Of a DNA stretch of 64,000 nucleotides, positions 21,601-30,880 are shown piece after piece (position 1 is the stretch's first letter; each line of letters starts with the position of its first letter). A program made the translations under genes and the position numbers. Below the pieces are notes generated by a model. That model saw nothing but the letters and a program-made list of their open reading frames with translations, was not told where the DNA came from and searched no databases. Source of the DNA: Limnothrix sp. BL-A-16 (lineage in GTDB: Bacteria; Cyanobacteriota; Cyanobacteriia; CACIAM-69d); the NCBI GenBank assembly GCA_041937175.2, contig CP166615.1, positions 864,001-928,000 of the forward strand, given 5' to 3'.

Positions 21601-22995
21601 ATGACCTCGATCGCACCCAAGGTTCCGATTCTGAACATCACGCTCGACAACATTTCTCAACAGAAGTTGTTGGCAAATTTGAAACGGGGCGGTTGGGTGA
21701 CCACGCCCAATATTGATCATTTGGTTAAAACTCGGAAAGATGAGGTTTTTGACACGATCTATCACAAAGCCGATTACTTGGTTTGTGATAGCCAGGTTTT
21801 GATCTTTGTGGCCAAGCTGATGGGCTACCACATCACCGACAAAATCTCTGGATCCGATTTCTTTCCGGTTTTTTATGAATATTATGCCCATGACCCAGAG
21901 ATGACTATTTTTCTGCTGGGGGCCATGGAGGGAGTGGCCGAAAAGGCTCGCCATCTAATTAATGAAAAGGTGGGCCGCGAAATGGTCACGGGGGTTTATT
22001 CGCCGCCTTTTGGTTTTGAGCGCGACCCGGCGGAATGCGCCAAGATTGTTGATTTGATTAATCAATCGCGGGCTAATGTTTTGCTGGTGGGAGTTGGCGC
22101 ACCCAAGCAAGAAAAGTGGTTTTATCGCCATCGCCATTTGCTGAAACAGGTGACGGTGGCCTTTGGCTTCGGGGCAACGATCGACTTTGAGGCGGGCAAT
22201 GTGCCCCGATCGCCCCGGTGGATGAGCCATGTGGGTTTGGAGTGGTTGTTTCGGCTGTCCTGTGAGCCAAAGCGTCTTTGGCGGCGCTATTTGGTGGAGA
22301 GTTTGCCATTTTTTATGGATTTGGGGGCAGCCCTGTTGGGTCGCTACCAACTGCACCGACCGATCGGGATCTTGCTGCAAGAGGCGGGGTTTTTAACCGA
22401 AGGGCAATTGCAGGAGCTAATTGAGTGGTATGAACTACGCCAGCCGCTACCCCTAGAACAAATTCTGTTAGCCAAGGGTGTGGTGCAGCCGCCGGTTTTG
22501 CAATTTTTTGAAACGGTTTTGCCACGGTTGGGCGAACGATCGGGGGTGGATCTGCAGTCGCGATCGGCGATCGTCCAGCTTTGTGAACAGGCTGGATTGT
22601 TGACCCCTCAACAGCGCCAGGAACTGGAAGCCAGTGACAGCCCATCGCCGGAATTGGTGGCGATCGAGCGAGGGTGGTTGAGCGCCCAAATGGTGCGGCT
22701 GTTGCAATTGGCGATCCCGTCCGGCGGCCTGACCCTGAAGCCGGAGGCGGCCCTTTACCGAGCTGGGTTGATTGATTTTGATTGGATTGCGGCGGCTCGG
22801 GCCTATCAACGCAATCCCCAGTGGCTAACATTGGGCGAGTTGGCGGTGGCTCGGGGCTTAATTTCCCATCGTCTCTTGGTGTTTATCCAGGAGCACCAAG
22901 CAGAACTGTCAGCCTTGCCCGATCCCCAGGCCCTGCGCGATCGGTTGGTGGCGGCGGGACTGGCCGCGCCCAATGGTTTGGAGAGGGTCGCTTAG
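21601..22995 (+). CDS. WecB/TagA/CpsF glycosyltransferase fused to C-terminal MshEN-like repeats
   Basis: TPNIDH, GSD, SPPFG, VGVGAPKQE, GATIDF and GLEWLFRL..EPKRLWRRY motifs. GGAGAGG RBS precedes ATG 21601. C-terminal ~210 aa consists of xLxxAG(L/F)(L/I) repeats. Confidence 0.9.
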   Translation: MTSIAPKVPILNITLDNISQQKLLANLKRGGWVTTPNIDHLVKTRKDEVFDTIYHKADYLVCDSQVLIFVAKLMGYHITDKISGSDFFPVFYEYYAHDPEMTIFLLGAMEGVAEKARHLINEKVGREMVTGVYSPPFGFERDPAECAKIVDLINQSRANVLLVGVGAPKQEKWFYRHRHLLKQVTVAFGFGATIDFEAGNVPRSPRWMSHVGLEWLFRLSCEPKRLWRRYLVESLPFFMDLGAALLGRYQLHRPIGILLQEAGFLTEGQLQELIEWYELRQPLPLEQILLAKGVVQPPVLQFFETVLPRLGERSGVDLQSRSAIVQLCEQAGLLTPQQRQELEASDSPSPELVAIERGWLSAQMVRLLQLAIPSGGLTLKPEAALYRAGLIDFDWIAAARAYQRNPQWLTLGELAVARGLISHRLLVFIQEHQAELSALPDPQALRDRLVAAGLAAPNGLERVA

Positions 22996-24611
22996 CGGCC
23001 AGGGCCGTTGAGATATTCGATCGTCCCTCGGGCGATCGCCCAGGCCATTTGCGATCGCCAAGTGGGATTGGTCAGCAGGGCCGCATCTTGTCGGCCCGTC
23101 ACAAAACCGGTTTCCACCAAAATCGAGGGCATTCGACTGTTACGCAGCACATAGAACCGAGCCGTGCGCACCCCGCGATTGCGCATGAACGGAAAGGCGC
23201 GCATGATGCTTTGTTGCACCGCCTGGGCCAACCGACCGCCGGACTGGTGGTAGTAGGTTTCTACGCCGCTCACGTCCGGGCGATTAATGCCCGCTGAGTT
23301 GGCATGGACGCTAATAAAGACGGTGGCATTAATGCGGTTAGCCAACTGGGTGCGCCCATCCAGACTGATAAAGGTGTCGTCATCGCGGGTCAAAACCACG
23401 TCGGCCCCTTGGCGACGCAACAGCGCCGCCAGTTGCAGACTGATATCCAAAACCGCTTGCTTTTCTTGCAGTCCCCCAATCCCGATCGCTCCGGGATCGC
23501 GACCGCCATGGCCCGGATCCACCACAATTCGCACCCGCCGATTCAACATCGGCAGACCGCCCAGGCGAGGATCGGGGTAATCGTTCACCCAGCCGGGCGA
23601 TTGGCCAGAGTTGTCCGGTTGACGGGGCCAGGGCCGCGGCGGCAAAGGATTGGCCGTGGGCGGGGTGGCGGCGGGGGGATTCACGGCGGTGGTGCTGCCG
23701 ATCGGCTGGGCAATCACCAAGCTCTCTTCGGTGCGAGCCTGCCAATCGGGGCTGCTCGGATCCACCACCAACAAAACTCGCACCCGAGGCGGATACCCAC
23801 CCCGTTGGGGAGTGACGATCAGACGGGTTACGCCCGCTCGGCCGCCCACGAGTCGATCGACCCCATTGGTGATCGAGGCGTTATCTAACCAAATTTCGAT
23901 CTGTCGGCGATCGGGGCTGCGGTTCACCGTAATGCCGGGAGTTCCACCGCTCACCCGCAGGGCCAATCCGCCTTCAGACAGTTCCACTCCTTCCACTTGG
24001 GCGATCGGGGAATTGCCGCCCGATCGTTCCAAAACCTCTCGCAACGCGCCGGGAATCCAAGGGCGATCGGAATTGTTGGGGTTATTCGGAGGTGTGGGTT
24101 GTGGGCGATTCCGCTGGCCAGGCAGCACAAGCTGCTGGGGAGGCTGCTGGGCAATCGGTTCTCCGCCCAGTTCTACCGTCCATTGGGTCGGAGACAGGCT
24201 GCGCACCCGCACCCGATCGGGATCAATGCGATAGCCCGGTTGGAATTCGATCGCGATGCGGGTGGTGTTGCGATCGGGCTGGCCCACGCGCACCGCCCGC
24301 ACCATGCCCCCAAACCGCTGTTCTTGAACCGGTTGAGCCAAGGTGGTGTCCGGCAGGTCAATGGCCAGGCGATCGGGCCCCGACACAATTTGGGCCCGGG
24401 GCTGCACCCCTTCATCGGTTGTGAAGCTCAACTGATTGCGCGTCGGATCAAACTGCCAATTCAGCAGTTGCCCGGCCTGGGCTGGCAACGCCGCCACCAA
24501 CGATCCCAGCAGCCCCAACAGCCCGACGGCTGCCATTTGCTTTCCGGGGGCCGACTTCCGACCATCGCCAAACAAACGCAAAGCAACCAAAATTGATCTC
24601 CAACAAACCAA
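22992..24611 (-). CDS. N-acetylmuramoyl-L-alanine amidase (AMIN domains + Amidase_3), AmiC-like
   Basis: Signal peptide ending AQA, AMIN-like segments, and VDPGHGGRDPGA, FISVHAN and ILVETGF motifs. Start may be ATG 24536. Confidence 0.93.
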   Translation of the reverse strand: MVCWRSILVALRLFGDGRKSAPGKQMAAVGLLGLLGSLVAALPAQAGQLLNWQFDPTRNQLSFTTDEGVQPRAQIVSGPDRLAIDLPDTTLAQPVQEQRFGGMVRAVRVGQPDRNTTRIAIEFQPGYRIDPDRVRVRSLSPTQWTVELGGEPIAQQPPQQLVLPGQRNRPQPTPPNNPNNSDRPWIPGALREVLERSGGNSPIAQVEGVELSEGGLALRVSGGTPGITVNRSPDRRQIEIWLDNASITNGVDRLVGGRAGVTRLIVTPQRGGYPPRVRVLLVVDPSSPDWQARTEESLVIAQPIGSTTAVNPPAATPPTANPLPPRPWPRQPDNSGQSPGWVNDYPDPRLGGLPMLNRRVRIVVDPGHGGRDPGAIGIGGLQEKQAVLDISLQLAALLRRQGADVVLTRDDDTFISLDGRTQLANRINATVFISVHANSAGINRPDVSGVETYYHQSGGRLAQAVQQSIMRAFPFMRNRGVRTARFYVLRNSRMPSILVETGFVTGRQDAALLTNPTWRSQMAWAIARGTIEYLNGPGR

Positions 24612-24919
24612 AACTGCCGGGCTGATTGGGCGATCGACATTGGCCCGTCTTGGGTGTCACTTCAGACCCATGCGATCGCGCCTTCTTGCCGAATGCAGTT
24701 TAGCGCCCAGGCGAAATTTTGACCAAATTTGATCGTTATTTCGATCGTTACTTTGAGCGTTGGATCGTTGATTAACGTCTCAAGGATTAACGCCTCAAGG
24801 CCGGCGATCGACTTCTGAACGCAGGGCCAACCATCCCCACCCATGCGCCCGATCGATACCCGTAACCCCGGATCCAGATAGACCGACAGCGTAAGCCGAC
24901 AAAATAGACCGACAGAGAT

Positions 24920-25639
24920 CTACAAACGCAACAGCAAATTGGGCCCGTGGGTGTCTGTCCCGCAAGTCATCATCAGCCCAAATCGTTCCGCCAACTCCTT
25001 CACCCGGGCGGTTTGATCGGGGCTAGGAGTCCAAGGGTTGGGATTGTTATAGGCATAGTAAGCCTCCACCCCGTCAATCCCTAGGGTTGCCGCTGCCATA
25101 ATCAGGGGCTTGGCATCCAGGCGATAGCGAGCGGGGTGAGCCAACACGGCAATGCCCCCCGCCTGTTGAATGGCGTGAATCACTCGATCGGCGTAGTAAT
25201 ACTCATCGCGCACGGGCTGCCCTTGCAAATAGGGCTGAATCACATCAGCACTGATATCAAAGGCATAGCCCAGGATATGCACCTCGGTTCCCAGCAACCC
25301 TGCATTGATTTCAACCCCCGTCCACAAATGGGGCACCACCAGCTCAGGGGTCACTGATTTGGCCAATTGCAGTGCTTTGGCCGCAGCCAGATAGCCATTC
25401 ACACTGTGGTGATCGGTAATGGCAAAGCCCTTGAGACCAATTTGCAGGGCCTGGTTAATCAAATCGGTGGGGCTGAGACGGCCATCGGAGGCCGTTGTGT
25501 GCATGTGAAAGTTGTAGTGACGCGGGCAACTCGTCGGAGTCAAAGATTGGAATACGTCCCGCAGCAGCGCCTGGTCTTCAGCCGTCACCGAAGCTGTCAC
25601 CGACAGCGGACTCAAGCCACGGGTAACGCGAGCTGTCAT
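24920..25639 (-). CDS. PHP domain metallophosphoesterase
   Basis: HMHTTASDG, AITDH, GVEI, HILGY, LAHP and GTDTHG motifs. Confidence 0.92.
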   Translation of the reverse strand: MTARVTRGLSPLSVTASVTAEDQALLRDVFQSLTPTSCPRHYNFHMHTTASDGRLSPTDLINQALQIGLKGFAITDHHSVNGYLAAAKALQLAKSVTPELVVPHLWTGVEINAGLLGTEVHILGYAFDISADVIQPYLQGQPVRDEYYYADRVIHAIQQAGGIAVLAHPARYRLDAKPLIMAAATLGIDGVEAYYAYNNPNPWTPSPDQTARVKELAERFGLMMTCGTDTHGPNLLLRL

Positions 25640-25971
25640 AGCGACACTCCCAAAGAATGGAGAAAAATGGCTTCACCAATCTTAAACAATTTTTAAAGAC
25701 TTTCTGTTGCAATTCGTCATATGCCATGCATTCGCCATAAATGGTCTTTGGTCAAAAAGGAAACCCTCCAGGATTTCGATGGTTTTAAATGCAAATCAAA
25801 CTATTTTTTGACGATCCCAAACTTTTAGAAAGTTTTTAAAAAGTTTGAGAAAAAGGCAAAAAAATTCCCGACCAATCCTCACGCCTGCCATGGGTCTGTT
25901 TGAGGTGGGGATCGGCCGGGCCAAAACTGCCTCAACTCTGGGATCAGGAGAGTTAGCAGCGTTAGCAAAAA

Positions 25972-26448
25972 TCAATTGATGGTGGTTTGGGTTGCCATGT
26001 CACCCGATCGGGTGCTGAGGGAACCTGGATTGGTGCGCGGCTGCAAGAGGCGGGGAGCGCGATCGAGCATCAATTCTCGACTGAGACCCTCGCGCGCATC
26101 ATCTCGATTCAGCAAACTGCAAATCAGCTCGCCGGGCCCATGGGGGTCAAACACATGGCGGATGCCATCCAGCCCGACCCAAATTCGGCGGCGGCAGTTG
26201 TAGGCCGATCGGGGCCGTTCCACCCCATCCACCGCCACCGTGGCCCGAAACTCCCAGTGTTTCTTGGCACTGCGCTGAATTTTCAGAATGCAAATTTGCT
26301 GACCATGCCAGGGCCGACAAAAATCCGCTGCTTGGGCCGCCGGAGGTTCCAGCCCCCAAACCAGCCCCACTAGCAGGAACCCGGCCAGCACCCAACCCGC
26401 CTGCCAACTCCCAATCCAACGCTTTTGGATCGATCGCCCCTTGGACAC
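25972..26448 (-). CDS. Hypothetical exported protein (4 Cys)
   Basis: Signal peptide ending AQA; FCR...ICI..I.RSAK..WEFRA...YNCR...C. GTG start overlaps the hisB stop (TAGTG). Confidence 0.7.
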   Translation of the reverse strand: MSKGRSIQKRWIGSWQAGWVLAGFLLVGLVWGLEPPAAQAADFCRPWHGQQICILKIQRSAKKHWEFRATVAVDGVERPRSAYNCRRRIWVGLDGIRHVFDPHGPGELICSLLNRDDAREGLSRELMLDRAPRLLQPRTNPGSLSTRSGDMATQTTIN

Positions 26449-27119
26449 TAGAGCACACCCTTGGAACTGGGAATTTTGCCAGCACGACGCGGATCCACCT
26501 CGATCGCCATGCGCATTGCGCGGGCAAAAGCTTTAAAAGTGGCTTCGATGATGTGGTGCGAATTGATGCCGTCCAGTTGGCGAATGTGCAAGGTCATTTG
26601 CGAGTGATTCACCACCGCCACGAAGAATTCCCGTACCAATTGGGTGTCATAGTTGCCCACCCGTTCCGTGGGGATTTGCAGCCCATAGCTCAGGTGGGGC
26701 CGGCCGGAAAAGTCCAACGCCACCTGCACGAGGGCCTCATCCAAGGGGGCGACAAAATGCCCAAACCGGACGATACCCTTGCGATCGCCCAAGGCCTGAT
26801 GCAGCGCTTGGCCGAGGGTGATGCCCACATCTTCGTTGGTGTGGTGATCATCAATATGCACATCCCCGGTGGCTTGGATGTCCAAATCAATCAATCCATG
26901 GGAGGCAATTTGATCGAGCATGTGATCCAAAAAAGGCACGCCGGTCTGGGCGGAGCAACGGCCCGTTCCGTCCAAATTCAAACCGACCTGAACATCGGTT
27001 TCGCCGGTTTTGCGGCTGACGCGGGCGGTGCGATCGGGCGTGAGGATGACGGGGCGATCGAGCATCGGCTGGGTAATTGGCTCGGTGATTGGCTCGGTAA
27101 TTGGCTCAGTGGTTTGCAT
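26448..27119 (-). CDS. hisB: Imidazoleglycerol-phosphate dehydratase
   Basis: [25 protein letters not shown] and NSHHIIEA. Start placed at MQTTEP. Confidence 0.98.
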   Translation of the reverse strand: MQTTEPITEPITEPITQPMLDRPVILTPDRTARVSRKTGETDVQVGLNLDGTGRCSAQTGVPFLDHMLDQIASHGLIDLDIQATGDVHIDDHHTNEDVGITLGQALHQALGDRKGIVRFGHFVAPLDEALVQVALDFSGRPHLSYGLQIPTERVGNYDTQLVREFFVAVVNHSQMTLHIRQLDGINSHHIIEATFKAFARAMRMAIEVDPRRAGKIPSSKGVL

Positions 27120-27264
27120 GATTTGAGGAACGATCGGAGGGCAAACGGCAACAGGGGCGATCGGGCAACAGGGGGCGGACAGGGCGATCGCCCATCCAGC
27201 CCCCATGGGTTATGGGTTATGGATCCCAGGACGAATCTTAGGCCGTGGAGGATGGGGCCAACAG

Positions 27265-28044
27265 CTACATTCCAACGATGTTGTAGCCCGCGTCCACATA
27301 AATCACCTGGCCCGTAATCCCGCTAGACAAATCGCTGCACAGAAAGGCCGCCGTGTTGCCCACTTCCACTTGGGTGACCGTGCGGCGCAAGGGAGCCGTT
27401 TCCTCCACGTGGTGAATCATGTCCAAAATGCCGCCCACCGCCGAAGAAGCCAGTGTCCGAATCGGGCCCGCCGAAATGGCATTCACCCGAATTCCCTTTT
27501 CACCCAATTCCGTGGACAAGTAGCGCACGCTGGCTTCCAAGGCCGCCTTGGCCACGCCCATCACGTTGTAGTTCGGCACGGCCCGCACACTGCCCAGGTA
27601 GCTGAGGGTGATGATGCTGCCGTTGTCGTTCAGCAGGGGCTTGGCTGCTGCCGCCAACTTGGTCAGGGAATAGGCGCTGATGTCTAAAGCGCGGGCAAAT
27701 CCTTCGCGGGACGTGTTGCTGAAATCTCCGGTCAGTTCTTCCTTGCCAGCAAAGGCTAGGCAGTGGATCAAGATGTCAAAATTGCTCCACTTGCTCTGGA
27801 TGGTGGTGAAGGTTTCGTCCACCTGGGCATCGTCCTGCACGTTGCAGGGCACCAGGAAAGCGGGGTTGAGGGGTTCAATCAACTCGGCCACTTTCTTTTC
27901 GGCCTTGCCCTTGTCATCGGGGAGATAGGTGGCGGCAATTTCAGCCCCGGCCGCGTGGAGCTGTTGGGCAATGCCCCAGGCGATCGAGCGGTTGTTGGCA
28001 ATCCCCGTAACGAGGGCTTTTTTTCCAGAGAGGTTGAGCAGCAT
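27265..28044 (-). CDS. fabI: Enoyl-ACP reductase FabI
   Basis: ALVTGIANNRSIAWGIA, YNVMGVAKAALE and NAISAGPIRTLAS. Confidence 0.98.
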   Translation of the reverse strand: MLLNLSGKKALVTGIANNRSIAWGIAQQLHAAGAEIAATYLPDDKGKAEKKVAELIEPLNPAFLVPCNVQDDAQVDETFTTIQSKWSNFDILIHCLAFAGKEELTGDFSNTSREGFARALDISAYSLTKLAAAAKPLLNDNGSIITLSYLGSVRAVPNYNVMGVAKAALEASVRYLSTELGEKGIRVNAISAGPIRTLASSAVGGILDMIHHVEETAPLRRTVTQVEVGNTAAFLCSDLSSGITGQVIYVDAGYNIVGM

Positions 28045-28271
28045 AGGTGTTCTAAATTTCAGCAACAGAATCTCAAATTACAAAATCCCAACATCCACTC
28101 CCAACGCCCACTCAAGATCCCAACACCCACTCAAAATCCCAATCACCGAGTCCCGAGGGCGGTTCCCTTGGCGATCGGGTCAGCGATCGGGCCGTGAGGG
28201 GCTTGATGGGGCGGTGGGGTGGTGCAAAGTTGCCATTCAAGGGGATTGGCAGCCCGTTGTTGACTCAAACC

Positions 28272-28285
28272 GTATCAAAGGCTAC
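28272..28285. promoter_or_regulatory. NtcA-binding consensus GTA-N8-TAC in the fabI/ntcA divergent region
   Basis: GTATCAAAGGCTAC, ~245 bp upstream of the ntcA ATG. Confidence 0.65.
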
Positions 28286-28528
28286 AACGAGCGAATTACA
28301 ATGTTCGAGATTGTAGTGCTGCGAAGGTGACCTGAATCAGTTTAGACCGGTCAGGGGCTTCTGAAAGACCTTCGCTGGTTTTGAGTTTTGGGCTTTGCGA
28401 TCGCGAACCTAATCGATTGAGATGGGGTTTTGTATCCGCCTTCCAAAAAATCGAACCCGAAAAAAATGCGCGAATCGATCGCGCTTGGTATAACGTTTCT
28501 CAGTAGTTCGGCAGTTCGGCGCAGCGAG

Positions 28529-29200
28529 ATGCCCTTATCAGTAGACAAGCCTTTAGCCGTTGTTTTCCGCCAACTGAGCGGAGATTCTTTCTCACCGCCT
28601 ACCGAGCGGTTTGATCGGGGCAAAACGATTTTTTTCCCGGGTGATCCGGCTGAACGGGTTTACTTTTTGGTGAAAGGGGCCGTGAAACTCTCCCGTGTCT
28701 ATGAGGCCGGTGAGGAAATTACTGTGGCTCTGCTGCGCGAAAACACGGTTTTTGGGGTGTTGTCGCTCCTGACGGGCAATCGATCGGATCGCTTCTATCA
28801 CGCTGTGGCCTTCACGCCCGTGGAGTTGTTGTCGGTGCCGATCGATCGGGTGGAAAAGGCCCTCAAGGATGATCCCGACTTGGCCATGGTGATGCTTCAG
28901 GGGTTGTCATCGCGGATTTTGCAAACGGAGATGATGATTGAAACCCTGGCCCACCGCGATATGGGATCTCGGTTGGTGAGCTTTTTGCTGATTCTGTGCC
29001 GGGATTTTGGGGTTCCCAGCTCCGATGGAATTACGATCGATTTGAAGCTCTCTCACCAAGCCATTGCCGAGGCGATCGGATCCACTCGGGTCACCGTGAC
29101 CCGGCTACTCGGGGATTTGCGCGATCGCAAGGCCATCTCAATCCACAAAAAGAAAATTACGGTACACAACCCCGTGAGCCTGGGGAACCAGTTTACCTAA
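28529..29200 (+). CDS. ntcA: Global nitrogen regulator NtcA (CRP family)
   Basis: [40 protein letters not shown] and [27 protein letters not shown] 28529 gives 223 aa; divergent from fabI as usual. Confidence 0.99.
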   Translation: MPLSVDKPLAVVFRQLSGDSFSPPTERFDRGKTIFFPGDPAERVYFLVKGAVKLSRVYEAGEEITVALLRENTVFGVLSLLTGNRSDRFYHAVAFTPVELLSVPIDRVEKALKDDPDLAMVMLQGLSSRILQTEMMIETLAHRDMGSRLVSFLLILCRDFGVPSSDGITIDLKLSHQAIAEAIGSTRVTVTRLLGDLRDRKAISIHKKKITVHNPVSLGNQFT

Positions 29201-29286
29201 CCATCCAACGTCCTCGCCCAAACTATCATTGCAAAGGCCTAGATTGTTGGGCAAAGGCCGCTTAAGGAGCGATCGCACAGAGGGCG

Positions 29287-30744
29287 ATGACGATCGGGTA
29301 TGTACTAATTTTGCTAGCCACCTTGGTGTTAGGTGGGGCGATTGCCACCATGGGCGATCGGCTCGGCACCCGCGTGGGCAAAGCTCGCCTCAGCCTGTTT
29401 AACCTGCGACCGCGCCAAACGGCCACCCTCGTCACGATCGTGACCGGCAGCCTGATTTCCGCCTCCACCTTGGGCCTGTTGTTCTTGGCGGGCATTTTTG
29501 AACTCGAAGAAATCCAAACGCGCTTGGGACGGGCCCGGCGGGAACTGGATCAAGCCCGCGTCCAACAGGATCAGGCCCGCGCTGAACTGAGCCAAATCAA
29601 CCGATCGCTGCAAGCCTCCTTGGCCCGGCAAGCCCAAACCCAAAACCGCCTCAACCGGGCCCAAAAGCGCCTGCTCCAGGCCGACAAACAATTCCGGCTC
29701 GCCAAAACCCAACTCACCCAGGTTTCCCGCCGGGCGCGGCAACTGCTGGGCGACATCAAAACCCTCCAGCGCGAGCGGCTCAGTCTGCAAAGTGACCTGC
29801 AACGCCTTGGGGGAGAAAATCGCCAACTTCAGGGAGATCGATCGCGCCTGTTGGATGAGCGATCGGCCCTCGATCGCCAAAATCAAACCCTGATTGCCCA
29901 AAACCGCGATCGCACCGCCCAAATCCGCGATCGGGAACAACGGCTCCAGGACGTGGAATCCCGGCTGCAAGATGCCAACCAGCGGTTTCAGTCGGCCCAA
30001 TCAGAATTGCAGTCCCTGGAAGTTTCCGTTCGGCGGCTGGAGCGGGAATCCCAGGCCCTCCGGGAAGGAAACGTGGCCCTGCGGCGCGGGGAAGTGTTGG
30101 CGGCTGGCATTTTGCGGATTCCGTCCCCCGAAATGACCCAAGCGGCGATCGAGCGGTTGTTAGTGGCCGCCAACCGCGCCGCCCTCGAACGCACCCAGCC
30201 GGGCATCGGAGCCAGTCAGCAGGCCATTTCCCTCTCGCGGGGAGAAGTGGAGCAGGTGATCGCCCAAGTGCGGGACGGTCGCGCCTATTACGTGAAGGTG
30301 ATTTCCACGGCCAACTATCTGACCGGGGAAGAACCGCCTATCCGCGTCGTTTTGGATGTGGCGCTGAATCAAGTTCTCTTTACCCGTCGTGAAACCCTGA
30401 CGGTGACTTCCCTGGATCCTGCCAGCCTGTCGCAACCGGAACTGCGCGATCGCCTGGAACTCGCCTTGGGTCAAGCCCTGTTTCGGGCCCAACGAGCGGG
30501 AGTCGCGGCCGATGGTTTCCGGGTAGAAAATGTGCCGGGTCTGATCCAATTTGTGCGCTGGCTGGAGTCTCAAACCCAACCCGTTGAGGTGCGGGTGATT
30601 GCAGCCCGCGACATTTATACCGCCGGCCCCCTGTCCCTGTCCTTTGTGGCGGTTCGCAATGGCCAGGTGCTCTACGAAATTGAACCACCCCCAAACACCC
30701 CGATTGAATCCCGTCGATCGACTCGCCCCAGGCGCATCGGGTAA
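29287..30744 (+). CDS. DUF3084 family coiled-coil membrane protein
   Basis: GGAIAT.GDRLG..VGKARLSLFNLRPRQTA N-terminus and long coiled coil; typical neighbour of ntcA. Confidence 0.88.
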   Translation: MTIGYVLILLATLVLGGAIATMGDRLGTRVGKARLSLFNLRPRQTATLVTIVTGSLISASTLGLLFLAGIFELEEIQTRLGRARRELDQARVQQDQARAELSQINRSLQASLARQAQTQNRLNRAQKRLLQADKQFRLAKTQLTQVSRRARQLLGDIKTLQRERLSLQSDLQRLGGENRQLQGDRSRLLDERSALDRQNQTLIAQNRDRTAQIRDREQRLQDVESRLQDANQRFQSAQSELQSLEVSVRRLERESQALREGNVALRRGEVLAAGILRIPSPEMTQAAIERLLVAANRAALERTQPGIGASQQAISLSRGEVEQVIAQVRDGRAYYVKVISTANYLTGEEPPIRVVLDVALNQVLFTRRETLTVTSLDPASLSQPELRDRLELALGQALFRAQRAGVAADGFRVENVPGLIQFVRWLESQTQPVEVRVIAARDIYTAGPLSLSFVAVRNGQVLYEIEPPPNTPIESRRSTRPRRIG

Positions 30745-30823
30745 GAAAATCTTGCGAATTGGCCGGCCCCTGTCGATCGCCCCTCGGGATCCCGATCCGA
30801 TTTTTGCATCGATGGTGGCGGTG

Positions 30824-30872
30824 CGTAGGGCACAAACCTAAGCATCGGGAATTTGCGAACCGTTGCCCTACG
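30824..30872. repeat. GTAG-type inverted repeat (REP-like) between convergent genes
   Basis: CGTAGGGCA (30824-30832) and TGCCCTACG (30864-30872). Confidence 0.6.
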
Positions 30873-30880
30873 ACACCCTA

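Noticed and set aside
27065..27112. 12-bp tandem repeat (TEPI x3) at the hisB N-terminus
   Set aside because: Simple slippage in a variable N-terminal extension.
28080..28155. Short ATCCCAAC.CCCACTC tandem repeats upstream of fabI
   Set aside because: Ordinary short intergenic tandem repeats common in cyanobacteria; no spacer structure.
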